Of a DNA stretch of 64,000 nt, positions 9,156-19,244 are shown piece after piece. The position numbers were made by a program, and so were the translations under genes. The stretch's first letter is position 1; each line of letters opens with the position of its first letter. This DNA is from Candidatus Cloacimonadota bacterium (lineage in GTDB: Bacteria; Cloacimonadota; Cloacimonadia; Cloacimonadales; WRIO01). The notes beneath the pieces were generated by a model. It made no database searches. It worked only from the letters and a program-made list of their open reading frames with translations, and was not told the origin of the DNA. The stretch lies in contig WRLO01000002.1 in the NCBI GenBank assembly GCA_009777575.1, positions 28,386 through 92,385 on the forward strand. Direction: 5' to 3'.

Positions 9156-10928
9156 TTACTTCAAAAGCACCATCCTCTTCACTTCTACACCCGCATTTGT
9201 CTCCAGACGATATAAATAAATTCCCGAAGGCACATCTTCGGCATTCCATACTACTGAATATCTTCCTGCATTTTGCTGATCATTAATGAGGGTTTCAACG
9301 AGCTGCCCTCTGAGGTTGAAAATATCAATCTTTACATTTGATTCCTCTGCGAGGTGATATCTGATAGTGGTGCTAGGATTAAATGGATTAGGAAAATTAC
9401 TTAATAATTCAGTAAAAACAGGAATCTCAATCTCATCACCTTCAGAAACTCGAACTTCTATCTCAATAGACACTATTTCTGATTCACCAATCAGATAAAT
9501 AGCCTGTAAGTTATATACATGAACCCCATCAGGAACATCATAGTCAATAAAATTAGTCTCAAGGATGAGTGAGCTATATAAAGGAAATTCATCACGATAC
9601 AATCTATAACCCAATAGATTTGCCTCCATTTGCAGAGGGATGATATTAGGGGCAGTCCAGCTCAAAGTTACTGTATTACTTTCCACATTACCTTCAAAAT
9701 CGGTTGGAGGTAATAACTCTACCGCTTTTTCATACAATACAATGTTTCCCAACTCGATTTCGATGGTTCCTACTTCTAAATTTGTGTTTACAAAATCATA
9801 ATATCCTTCTTTTGATATTGTGAGTATGTAGACAAGATCAGGATATATATTTTCTAATAGAAATTGTCCCATATCATCAGTTGTAGTTTCGTACTGTTCA
9901 ACATTTGACGATTGGAAATCATCTCTACGATAGATACTATTTTCTTGGAGAGTGACCAATGCTCCCTGAATACCAGTTTGAATTTCTGATGTTATGACTA
10001 CACCTGAAACTGATACTTCTGATACCATTGAAATATTCAAAGTGGTAATTTCTCCCTCAAATATGCTTATATTATCTATCTCTTGAGTGACAAAACCATG
10101 TTTAGAAACAGTGATACTGATAATACCCTCTGGAAGCCTTTGTAAAATATACTGACCAAAACCGTCAGTCAATATTCTTCGTGTGCTATAGTTTACTCTT
10201 ACACGTACTCCTTCAAGAGGAACATCGTGATGCGTAACAATTCCTGAGAGATGACCAATACTTTCATTAGGAACGATTGATAATGTGATATTGGGCACAT
10301 TATGTGATAGCTGACCAGACGGTGGTGATAATGGATGTAAGCTATCTGACATACCCACAATGTGTATAGTCCTAAACTTACCTTCATCTTTTGTTTGTAA
10401 AAAGGGAGTTAGCATAGGCCATGTTTGTTTATATTTTTTCCATGTATAAATAACAAGATTACCACCTTGATAAATAAATGGATTATCTAAAACTAAGGTT
10501 AAAGGATTCATTCCACTTGGATGTTGAGGCAACACATCATCGTAAACAAGTGTGAAGTATTCAGAAGGTATCCAGCTATTATTGGAAGTAAAGGTATCTA
10601 TATCATCCCATATATTTGCCATATAAACAGCTATACTGCTACCTCCAACATTTGATGATTGATCATTGTAAGTATATTCAATACTTGAGATTAGACCTAC
10701 CTCATAAAGCTCATCTGCTGTATAGATAGTTTGAGCGAGACTGCTTTCCCAATCAAAAGTGAAAGGTGCTATTGGAGACCATTCGGTGCTATTAGGATCT
10801 CCCACATAAACTTCAAGAGTCTCACCATGTAGTATTGACAAGCTCAAAAAAAGTGTTGTCAATAGCAAAAATAGACAAACATTAGCCTGCCCAATTCGTT
10901 TTGTCATCTGTTTTTTTGTTGTTTTCAT
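9156..10928 (-). CDS. Secreted protein: carboxypeptidase-regulatory-like domains, FN3, C-terminal FlgD-Ig/T9SS-A-like sorting domain
   Basis: Signal peptide; LSGIVT..PLEGVRV..TDGFGQY repeats; LPPTDFEG..VTLSW FN3; NFPNPFNPSTTI..SGIYLYRL..MVLLK; ATG 10928 has an AAGGAG RBS (track start 10976). Confidence 0.82.
   Translation of the reverse strand: MKTTKKQMTKRIGQANVCLFLLLTTLFLSLSILHGETLEVYVGDPNSTEWSPIAPFTFDWESSLAQTIYTADELYEVGLISSIEYTYNDQSSNVGGSSIAVYMANIWDDIDTFTSNNSWIPSEYFTLVYDDVLPQHPSGMNPLTLVLDNPFIYQGGNLVIYTWKKYKQTWPMLTPFLQTKDEGKFRTIHIVGMSDSLHPLSPPSGQLSHNVPNITLSIVPNESIGHLSGIVTHHDVPLEGVRVRVNYSTRRILTDGFGQYILQRLPEGIISITVSKHGFVTQEIDNISIFEGEITTLNISMVSEVSVSGVVITSEIQTGIQGALVTLQENSIYRRDDFQSSNVEQYETTTDDMGQFLLENIYPDLVYILTISKEGYYDFVNTNLEVGTIEIELGNIVLYEKAVELLPPTDFEGNVESNTVTLSWTAPNIIPLQMEANLLGYRLYRDEFPLYSSLILETNFIDYDVPDGVHVYNLQAIYLIGESEIVSIEIEVRVSEGDEIEIPVFTELLSNFPNPFNPSTTIRYHLAEESNVKIDIFNLRGQLVETLINDQQNAGRYSVVWNAEDVPSGIYLYRLETNAGVEVKRMVLLK
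9907..9928 (-). repeat. GTAG-tagged REP-like palindrome, family 1, inside a CDS
   Basis: GTAGAGATGATTTCCAATCGTC on the minus strand, read in frame as RRDDFQSS. Confidence 0.8.
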
Positions 10929-10979
10929 AAATAACTCCTTGTTAAAATCGGAATATAAAAAATGATTTTTCTCCATTTT

Positions 10980-11030
10980 CCTATCTTGTCATTCTGAACG
11001 AAGTGAAGAATCTCCATTATCCATTACTTC
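10980..11030. repeat. 51-bp direct repeat of 9112-9162 (TGTC element plus the end of the sorting-domain gene)
   Basis: CCTATCTTGTCATTCTGAACGAAGTGAAGAATCTCCATTATCCATTACTTCA occurs at both positions. Confidence 0.9.
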
Positions 11031-14000
11031 AGCAACATCATTCTTCTCACTTGTGAAAACCCCTCCGTTCTCATCTGATAAAAATAGACACCACTGGCAA
11101 CTTCGCGACCATTTTCATCGGTTCCATGCCAGTCTATACTATGAGAACCTGCTAAAAAGAATTCATTGGTCAAAGTCCTAATTCTTTGACCACGGATATT
11201 AAAAATGTCTATCGAGACTATAGACTCTACTGCTAAATCAAAGGATATATTAGTGATAGGATTGAAAGGATTGGGGAAATTGCTCAATAGCCTTGTTTCG
11301 AGCGGAATTGTGTTTATCGGTGGTTTAGGCTCACTACATTGCAAATAACTGTATATTTGCTTCATGATAGCTTCATCCATCTTTCTATACTCTGCATAAC
11401 TCGCTGGAATGCCGACAGATGCTACTGGAAAACTCCTTTTTCCTTGTTCTGTGAGTTTCTGGATACAAAAAAGCTGAGATTTCATTGCCAATAGCCTTTC
11501 AAGCTCTCCGACTGGGTCTTGGATGATTTCTTCAAACAGCTCGATAGCCTCTTCATATTCCTCTATGAACATCTTGGTCATCGCTGTGACATGCTGTATC
11601 ACTATCGTGAGGTTCGGATGAGATATGTCGAGAAAATCAAAAAAGTCCTCTATATCAAGCTCCAAAACATTGTAAAGATGCGGCATAAGAGCGATACTAT
11701 AAATAGCATAAATTGTGTCTGGATATTCGTCAACTATGCTCTTGAATGCTAAAAGGGCTACATCGTAATCTTCCTCTTCTATTGCCTCTAATCCTCCGTC
11801 ATAAACTCCTCTTGCTGATACACCCGGTTTTTCTTCAAAATGAGCTTCTGAAAACCAAAAACAATCGCTACATGGATAAAAACGACTCAAATCTGCTTTG
11901 GACACATTTAACATTGAGACATTTATATGAGGTCGCAAAGGAGGTGTATATGATCCCATGATACGAAGTAGATAATGGTCATCACCACCAGAGTTTACTT
12001 CATCTATTGCACTTGGGCGGGTTTGATGGGTGAGAGTATTGGGAAAACTAACCCATGCATTATACATCGCAGATATCTCAGCAGAACCATTGTTCGAGAT
12101 TATTGATGGTCCAGAGATAACACTTTGCTGCTCAGATAGACTATAAAACCCGTATTCTAAGTTATCTTGTATTATTGTATCAAGGAGGTGAACGCGAGTT
12201 CCCTGCCATACTTCAAGCCCCGACCCAGCATTCTCGTTGATTTCAGCATTGTATACTCTATTCTGAAAAATTGTGTCTCGATTTAAAGACCCCCCAATAT
12301 TAAAAGATGGAGAGTTATCTATGATAAGACCGGTAGAACCATTGTCGAGGATATATAACTCATCAGCATCTATGATACTGTTTTTCAAAGTTATGCCTTT
12401 AGCGTTTTCTTCATATACGAGATTGCGAGCATACAATTTTGAATTCGATGTCAGGTATAATTCATGAATTGAGGTGATTGTGGTGTCATAAAAATTAAGA
12501 GATGATTCTATTGCATAAAAAGAACCTATATTTTCTACCATTACATCTTCAAATTTTACACTACTATTGATAAATAAAAAATTATGTATTTCTGTTATCA
12601 AATTTGATGCAATGGAACTTATTGTGAAATCATTTTCTATATTAGGTTGAGAGTCTATTATCACAAACCCATTGAATCTATTACCTGTTCTGCTCAGAAT
12701 TTCAGTCTCTTCACCTAAAATCATTCTACTATTATCTATGATGATTAAATCTTTGCGGTCAGATAAATCATTTATCTCAGTTATATCTATCAAACTACCC
12801 TCAGCAGAACCATATATTCTACTCATTCCCTCCATACTAAACAAACTATTGTTATTGAAAACGATGTTTTGAGCGTGATTCATTACTATATCGGTATCAT
12901 TTATCTCCAAACTCGAATTGTAAAAAGCTGCTGAACCATCTACTACCAACTCGATTTTTCCGTTATCTAAAATGATACTACTGTTTTGAACTAACAAGAA
13001 ACTGTTCTCACCACTGATTGAGATAGAACCATTTCCTAAATTGATTTCTGAAGATATTATTTTCAATTCTCCAAACCTGATTTGAAATCCATAAAATTTA
13101 TTCAGAGCTTGATTTTGATTTTCATTGATGATAGAGTTGGTTATAGTCAAAATAGCCTCATTATCGATGACATACATCTTGTTTATAGCAAACTCCTCAC
13201 CACTCATGATTGTGTCCTCTGTAATCCAGATCTGGTCTCCCAGTATCCTCTGCACTGGATTGAGCATATTCAATCTGCCACCAGTTATAGTACTGTCCTG
13301 CATTGCAGGGATTCGATCCACTCCATCAAGGATATATTGCTTCATGAGTAAAGCAAGTCCGCTAGGATTACCTTCATATTCATCAAGCAAATCATCAGGG
13401 GCGATTTGATAGAGTAATCCGATTAGACCTGTTACATGAGGAGCAGCCATAGAAGTGCCAGAAGATTCATAGTACCAACCAACTCCATTATAATAATTGA
13501 TTGTTGATAATATGTAATCTCCTGGTGAACCTAGATGAACTGAATTTGAGCCATAATTAGAATTAATTGCAAACTCATCTTTATTGTTTGTGGATGATAC
13601 ACTTAAAATATATTGTGATTTTATAGTAGCAGGTATCATTTTATTTTCGGGCAAATCATTATTACCAGATGAATTTCCCGCTGCTGCAATTGTCATTACT
13701 CCAGCCTGCCCCATAAGTTCAATAATATATTCCATTATATCAAGTTCATATTCTCCAAAAGAAATGAATCCAAAAGATGAATTTACAGCCACGATATATT
13801 CTCCGCCCTGAATGAATATATCATTGTAATCGAGTCTTTGTTCTAACACATATTGATATGCCATAATTACCCAAAAGACTGTCCCCCATCCTCTATCCAT
13901 TGGAAGCCCAAATGAAATTGGCATCATTGTAACCACAGGTAATATTTTTATATTCCTTGCTATTCCTGATATTCCCAGATTATTGTTACTAATAGCTCCT

Positions 14001-14614
14001 GCTATCCCTGCCACATGAGTGCCATGCGAGCCAATATATAAAGAATCGTTACTTGTTATTACATTCCATCCTTTATACCAATTTATATCTGGATGATTTG
14101 GTGCATATCCATTATCAGCTATGGCTAAAACTACATCGTTGTCAAAAATTATTTCTTGTTGAAATAAACTTAAAAGTTCCCAGACATATTGAAAACTAAT
14201 GTCAGCATTAGATAAACCTTTTATATCATTTACTATCTGACTAGTATTTTTTAATGCCCATTGATCTGGATATAATGGGTCATTAGGATAGTTTCCAAGA
14301 CTCTCTATATAATAATTAAATTGGGCAAGGTGAACATTTGGGTCTTGTCTCATCCTTTCAAGAATATCATCGTCTGATATCAAATTTTGGTTGTAATAAA
14401 AAAGATGAGTATTAAAACGTTCTGAATATCTGTGACTTTCGTCAATTACTAATTCAAATTGAGAATATGACGAAATAAAATTTATTAGATCATCACCTCT
14501 GGTGTTGTTGTTTAAATCAAGGATAATTTGCCCTGGTATACTATTTGATGAACTCAAACAGTATATCAAAACCGACAAAAACAATAAAAAATTAAATTTT
14601 TTACAAAAAATCAT
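11024..14614 (-). CDS. Secreted S8 (subtilisin-like) serine peptidase with beta-helix-like region, TPR-like helices and C-terminal sorting domain
   Basis: Catalytic triad motifs IADNG, HGTHVAG and SGTSMAAPHV; NFPNPFNP..ASGVYFYQM..MMLLK tail; GGAGG RBS. Confidence 0.9.
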   Translation of the reverse strand: MIFCKKFNFLLFLSVLIYCLSSSNSIPGQIILDLNNNTRGDDLINFISSYSQFELVIDESHRYSERFNTHLFYYNQNLISDDDILERMRQDPNVHLAQFNYYIESLGNYPNDPLYPDQWALKNTSQIVNDIKGLSNADISFQYVWELLSLFQQEIIFDNDVVLAIADNGYAPNHPDINWYKGWNVITSNDSLYIGSHGTHVAGIAGAISNNNLGISGIARNIKILPVVTMMPISFGLPMDRGWGTVFWVIMAYQYVLEQRLDYNDIFIQGGEYIVAVNSSFGFISFGEYELDIMEYIIELMGQAGVMTIAAAGNSSGNNDLPENKMIPATIKSQYILSVSSTNNKDEFAINSNYGSNSVHLGSPGDYILSTINYYNGVGWYYESSGTSMAAPHVTGLIGLLYQIAPDDLLDEYEGNPSGLALLMKQYILDGVDRIPAMQDSTITGGRLNMLNPVQRILGDQIWITEDTIMSGEEFAINKMYVIDNEAILTITNSIINENQNQALNKFYGFQIRFGELKIISSEINLGNGSISISGENSFLLVQNSSIILDNGKIELVVDGSAAFYNSSLEINDTDIVMNHAQNIVFNNNSLFSMEGMSRIYGSAEGSLIDITEINDLSDRKDLIIIDNSRMILGEETEILSRTGNRFNGFVIIDSQPNIENDFTISSIASNLITEIHNFLFINSSVKFEDVMVENIGSFYAIESSLNFYDTTITSIHELYLTSNSKLYARNLVYEENAKGITLKNSIIDADELYILDNGSTGLIIDNSPSFNIGGSLNRDTIFQNRVYNAEINENAGSGLEVWQGTRVHLLDTIIQDNLEYGFYSLSEQQSVISGPSIISNNGSAEISAMYNAWVSFPNTLTHQTRPSAIDEVNSGGDDHYLLRIMGSYTPPLRPHINVSMLNVSKADLSRFYPCSDCFWFSEAHFEEKPGVSARGVYDGGLEAIEEEDYDVALLAFKSIVDEYPDTIYAIYSIALMPHLYNVLELDIEDFFDFLDISHPNLTIVIQHVTAMTKMFIEEYEEAIELFEEIIQDPVGELERLLAMKSQLFCIQKLTEQGKRSFPVASVGIPASYAEYRKMDEAIMKQIYSYLQCSEPKPPINTIPLETRLLSNFPNPFNPITNISFDLAVESIVSIDIFNIRGQRIRTLTNEFFLAGSHSIDWHGTDENGREVASGVYFYQMRTEGFSQVRRMMLLK

Positions 14615-14652
14615 TTTAGCCTCCTGTGTTTTTTGTTTTATATTTATTCATT

Positions 14653-16722
14653 TTATCTTAGCAGGATCATTCTTCTTGTTTCATTATAGTCTTCTGTCAC
14701 CATTGTATAGAAATAAATACCACTACTCACTCTGAGATTTGAACTATCTACTCCAGTCCAAAATATCTCATATTTTCCAGCTGGTAAAAGATTATTTATC
14801 AATGTTATTATTCTCTGACCTCTTATGTTGAATATTTCTATTGAGACAAATCCATTTCGAGCAAGGGAAAAATTTATCGTTGTTTGTGGATTGAAAGGAT
14901 TCGGAAAATTTCCCAAAAGCAATGTCGTATAAGAGATGATTTCGTCATTTTCATCGCTAGTTTCAGGTTTTGCTATAACTATATTTGATGGCTCAGACTC
15001 TCCATCTATCTCTCCACCCCATATTGCAGTGACATGATATTCGTAATAAATATCATTCTCCAATCCGATATCGGAATACTCTTTATATGGGCTTAATATT
15101 ACATCTATTTTTTTATCATCTCGAAAAACATTGTATCCAATCACAGTTCCATATTTTTGAGTATTGGGGATTTCCCATGATAGATTTACTACTCCATCAC
15201 CGGCAATAGCTTGCAGATTCAATGGTGGACTAAATAATGGCATTATGATTGATGTTCCCGCCGATCCAAATTCACCATCATCATAATATGCTATTATCCA
15301 ATAAGAATATTTTGTATCTGTATCCAGATTAAGATCAATGTAATTCATATCTGTTGTTTGATTTACAAATATGTGATTTCGATAAAGTATAAATCCATTT
15401 AAACTTGCCTGAATATTGCTGTCGTAATTAATAGAAAAATCAGATTTGAGCCATGTTAATACTACATCATGGTCTAAAATTTTTCCTGTAAAATCGACTG
15501 GCGCTTTTCTCTTGTTATCCATACTCCGTAAAAAAGGATAACCATTATTGAGTCTTTCGTCTATCCACCATATATTTTCTAAATCCCAATCATTATTTAT
15601 AAAAGTAGAATTTTGTTTCATTTCTAAAGTAGTTAATCCGAAATTATTATTTATTGTATGGTTCTGCCCTTCTACTAAATTAAATGGTTCTAAAACTCCT
15701 GTAGTTTCAGTATTCCAAAAATTATGTCTGATATTTGAGGGATTTTGAGAAGAACTTATTCGACCGATAAGCCCACTTATATTTTGAAAGTCTGTATAAG
15801 ATACTACATAACAAAACTGGACATCTGATAATGACATTGAGCCGATTAATCCTCCATTCCTTTCTCTTTCTATAGAGCTAAAAATATCTCCATAAAAAAA
15901 TGAATTTTTCAATGTGGTTTGTCCGGTATAGCCTATTATTCCACCTAAAGATGATGTTTCACTCATGAAATCATAAATAGTTACTTTTGAATAACAATAC
16001 TCTATATGAGACCTTTGAGCATTCCCCACCAGGCTACCAACAATTGAAGTAATAGATATTTCTGGATATGACGTTCCTACTAAAAGTTCTCCAGAAACTT
16101 TACAATTTTCTATTTTGCTTTCAAATGCGCATCCAACTAAAACGCCTATATATGATTGGTAGGTTCTATTTTCTTCCAATTTAACGGTTGCATTTTCTAC
16201 TCTGAGATTTTTTATTGTAGCAAAATCTAAATAACCAAATAAAGCTGGGTGAACAATGGCAGGAATATCAAAATAACCTTCATGATAATATAATTCATCA
16301 GGGGTATTGATATGCAAATTGCTTATTTTATGATAATCTCCGTCATATATACCTAAAAATGATAACACTTTTGCATTCATTGTTGCTACCTCAAAATAAT
16401 TGCCTATCGGATGAAATCCCTTGCCTTCATTCCAGTTTATAGTCTCAGAAGCATCTATGTCAGCTGTTTGCAAGAAATAATATCTATATACCTCCCAATT
16501 ATTATCTAGTAAAGCAAAACCCCACACATCAGGTGTCTCTGACAACCACCTCAAATTCGCCAGATTCGCTATTAAAAAAGGGGTTTCTTCTGACCCTGCG
16601 TTTTCCTCATGAAAATTTGAGGGTGGTTCTGCAAGGGTTTCGGTGTGTAAAGAAAACAAACTAACACAAAAAAACATTGCGATTAATAACACAAAAAAAA
16701 CATTTTTTCTGTCTATTCTCAT
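14653..16722 (-). CDS. Secreted GLUG-repeat/FN3 protein with C-terminal sorting domain (cassette C)
   Basis: GSEETPFLIANLANL, FLQTADID, YDG, G(G/S)LVG repeats, PPLNL..VNLSW FN3, NFPNPFNP tail. Confidence 0.85.
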   Translation of the reverse strand: MRIDRKNVFFVLLIAMFFCVSLFSLHTETLAEPPSNFHEENAGSEETPFLIANLANLRWLSETPDVWGFALLDNNWEVYRYYFLQTADIDASETINWNEGKGFHPIGNYFEVATMNAKVLSFLGIYDGDYHKISNLHINTPDELYYHEGYFDIPAIVHPALFGYLDFATIKNLRVENATVKLEENRTYQSYIGVLVGCAFESKIENCKVSGELLVGTSYPEISITSIVGSLVGNAQRSHIEYCYSKVTIYDFMSETSSLGGIIGYTGQTTLKNSFFYGDIFSSIERERNGGLIGSMSLSDVQFCYVVSYTDFQNISGLIGRISSSQNPSNIRHNFWNTETTGVLEPFNLVEGQNHTINNNFGLTTLEMKQNSTFINNDWDLENIWWIDERLNNGYPFLRSMDNKRKAPVDFTGKILDHDVVLTWLKSDFSINYDSNIQASLNGFILYRNHIFVNQTTDMNYIDLNLDTDTKYSYWIIAYYDDGEFGSAGTSIIMPLFSPPLNLQAIAGDGVVNLSWEIPNTQKYGTVIGYNVFRDDKKIDVILSPYKEYSDIGLENDIYYEYHVTAIWGGEIDGESEPSNIVIAKPETSDENDEIISYTTLLLGNFPNPFNPQTTINFSLARNGFVSIEIFNIRGQRIITLINNLLPAGKYEIFWTGVDSSNLRVSSGIYFYTMVTEDYNETRRMILLR

Positions 16723-16856
16723 TTCTCCTCCAAATTTGAGTCAATTTTGAAACTCATTTTTTAACTTTAAGGTATATTTTTTTATTTTTACTATTTTTGT
16801 CAACAATTATTTTATTTTTATTTTTCAGATATTTTTTTGAATAATTTTAAATAAGA
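16723..16856 (-). promoter_or_regulatory. Conserved intergenic leader repeated before all five GLUG genes (also 19245-19373, 21564-21697, 24098-24226, 26417-about 26535)
   Basis: Minus strand: TTGACA (TCGACA in one copy), A-rich spacer, TATACC, TGAGT-N10-ACTCA, GGAGG RBS, ATG. Confidence 0.7.
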
Positions 16857-19244
16857 TTATTTCAACAATACCATCCTTCTCACGGTAGTAAAATCTCCAG
16901 CTCTCATCACATAAAAATACAACCCGCTTCCGACATCGCGACCATATTCGTCCTCTCCATTCCACAATACTTGATGAAATCCTACATTCATGCTCTCATT
17001 CAACAGATTCCTAACTCTTTGTCCACGAATATTGTATATATCAATCGAAACGATTGATTCTACGGCGATATTAAACTTTATTATAGTCTCAGGATTAAAT
17101 GGATTAGGAAAATTACCTATCAATTCTGTTATCAAGGGTATCTCAATATCTTCAAACTCTGACGCATAAACTTCTATTTCAACAGAAACATGCTCTGATT
17201 CACCACCGTTGTAAACAGCACTTACACTATAGACATATTCCCCAACAGGCACATAAGCTTGTATATATCTATAATTTGACAATCCTGATGCTTGGCGAAA
17301 AGTAAGAAATTCTTCGTTACGATAGATATTATAACCTTTCAGGCTTTCTACTTCAGAGACATTCCTTTTAACTGAATTGTTTATTCTCCTTGAGGTTCTA
17401 TTTTCACCATCATGATTTTCTCTATAAGGTGGTTTCCAGTTTATTATCACTGTATTCCCATTTACACTACTGACACTACCTTCCAATTCTGTAGGTGGTA
17501 GCATCATAAAATCCAAAACTATATTCACAATATTTGTAGGCTCAGATACCCCTTCTATCGCACCACCCCATACTGCTGTGATATAATATTCATGTTCATC
17601 ACCGTTTTTTAAACCTTTATCTATGTATTCAATTTGCCACCCTTTATAAGGGAGGGATAATACCTCATCTATCAACACCCCGTCCCTATAAATATTATAT
17701 CTTAATAATTCACCATATTTTTGCACATCTGAAGATTCCCAAGATAAAGTCACCTCTCCATCACCTGCCCAAGCCACTAAATTTTTTGGTGGACTATAAA
17801 CAACCGTGATGATAGACAAATCAGTCGCTCCAAAATCTCCATCCTCATAAAGAGCTATCAAGAAATAATTGTATTTCTCATCCAGCTCTATGTCTGTATC
17901 AATATAAGATAATTCGGTTGTTTCTACTAAAAATACATCGTTTCGATATAATCTGTAATTGATGGAGGATTTGTAAAATTGTCCAAAGCTTTGATGGAAA
18001 CCATTATCCATTTCATTGCCAGGCTCCTCCCATGTCAAAACTATGTCACCATCCACTATCTCTGCATTAAAATTCCCTGGCGATTTTCTCGCATCTATCA
18101 TACTTCTCAGATACGGATATCCACTATTTATATAGGGTTTCATAAACCATATATTCTCAAAGTCCCATCCATTGTCAATATATGTGGATTTTTGTTTCAT
18201 CTCTTCGGTTGTTTTTCCAAAATTATCGATCACTGTTCCATGTCCTATCTCTACATTAAAGAGCTGAGATACACCAGTAGTCTCCTCATCCCAAAGATTG
18301 TTTGTGATGATGGAAACTCCCCATGTATGATGAATTTCCCCAATAAAGCTATTAATATTAGTAAATATAACATCTGAAACCACATAACAATTACTGATTC
18401 TTGAACGACTAGCGTATCCTACAAGTCCACCATTACTATCTCTTTCGATTGAGCTGTTAATGAAACCATTAAAATATGAATTTTCTATTGTAGTATTACT
18501 AGATCCACCAACAAGTCCACCTGTTATATTACTATAGTTTGTAGCGTCTATAATTATAAAAGATGAATAATTATTTCTTATGGTTGAATTTATAGCATTA
18601 CCCACTAAACCTCCTGCAATCGTCCAAGATGCCCCAATCATTTGTCCAGTAACAGAGACATTTTCTATTAATCCACCTTGAATAATTCCAGCCAAAGGAC
18701 CAACTTCATTGTATAGCAAATCTTCATTAGGTAAAATACTTACATTATCTAGTCGTAGATTTTTTATTGTGCCACCTAGTATTACTCCAAACATGCCAGG
18801 GACAGGAACACAATAAATTACAATATTGTGTGGACAGTTAATAAATAAATTTTTTATAGAATACCCATTTCCATCATAAACTCCCATGAAACCCTTATCA
18901 TTACCTGCAGAACCAGTCAGATTTCTTACTCCTATAGGTCTAAAACCACAACCATCTTCCCAATAGATAGTCTCTGTAGCATCAATATCTGCAGTTTGCA
19001 AAAAATGATACCATAAAAAATTACTACCTGATACCCATTCACACCACACATCAGGCGTCTCCGACAACCATCTCAGATTCGCCAGATTCGCTATTAAAAA
19101 AGGATTTTCTTCTGACCCTGCGTTATCATCATGAAAATTTGAGGGTGGTTCGGCAAGGGTTTCGGTGTGTAAAGAAAACAAACTAACACAAAAAAACATT
19201 GCGATTACTAACACAAAAAAAACATTTTTTCTGTCTATTCTCAT
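16857..19244 (-). CDS. Secreted GLUG-repeat/FN3 protein with C-terminal sorting domain (cassette A)
   Basis: Same architecture with three FN3-like units; paralog of 21698-24097. Confidence 0.87.
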   Translation of the reverse strand: MRIDRKNVFFVLVIAMFFCVSLFSLHTETLAEPPSNFHDDNAGSEENPFLIANLANLRWLSETPDVWCEWVSGSNFLWYHFLQTADIDATETIYWEDGCGFRPIGVRNLTGSAGNDKGFMGVYDGNGYSIKNLFINCPHNIVIYCVPVPGMFGVILGGTIKNLRLDNVSILPNEDLLYNEVGPLAGIIQGGLIENVSVTGQMIGASWTIAGGLVGNAINSTIRNNYSSFIIIDATNYSNITGGLVGGSSNTTIENSYFNGFINSSIERDSNGGLVGYASRSRISNCYVVSDVIFTNINSFIGEIHHTWGVSIITNNLWDEETTGVSQLFNVEIGHGTVIDNFGKTTEEMKQKSTYIDNGWDFENIWFMKPYINSGYPYLRSMIDARKSPGNFNAEIVDGDIVLTWEEPGNEMDNGFHQSFGQFYKSSINYRLYRNDVFLVETTELSYIDTDIELDEKYNYFLIALYEDGDFGATDLSIITVVYSPPKNLVAWAGDGEVTLSWESSDVQKYGELLRYNIYRDGVLIDEVLSLPYKGWQIEYIDKGLKNGDEHEYYITAVWGGAIEGVSEPTNIVNIVLDFMMLPPTELEGSVSSVNGNTVIINWKPPYRENHDGENRTSRRINNSVKRNVSEVESLKGYNIYRNEEFLTFRQASGLSNYRYIQAYVPVGEYVYSVSAVYNGGESEHVSVEIEVYASEFEDIEIPLITELIGNFPNPFNPETIIKFNIAVESIVSIDIYNIRGQRVRNLLNESMNVGFHQVLWNGEDEYGRDVGSGLYFYVMRAGDFTTVRRMVLLK

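Noticed and set aside
10929-10976. Track start of the 606-aa secreted protein
   Set aside because: ATG 10928 has an AAGGAG RBS and gives a normal signal peptide.
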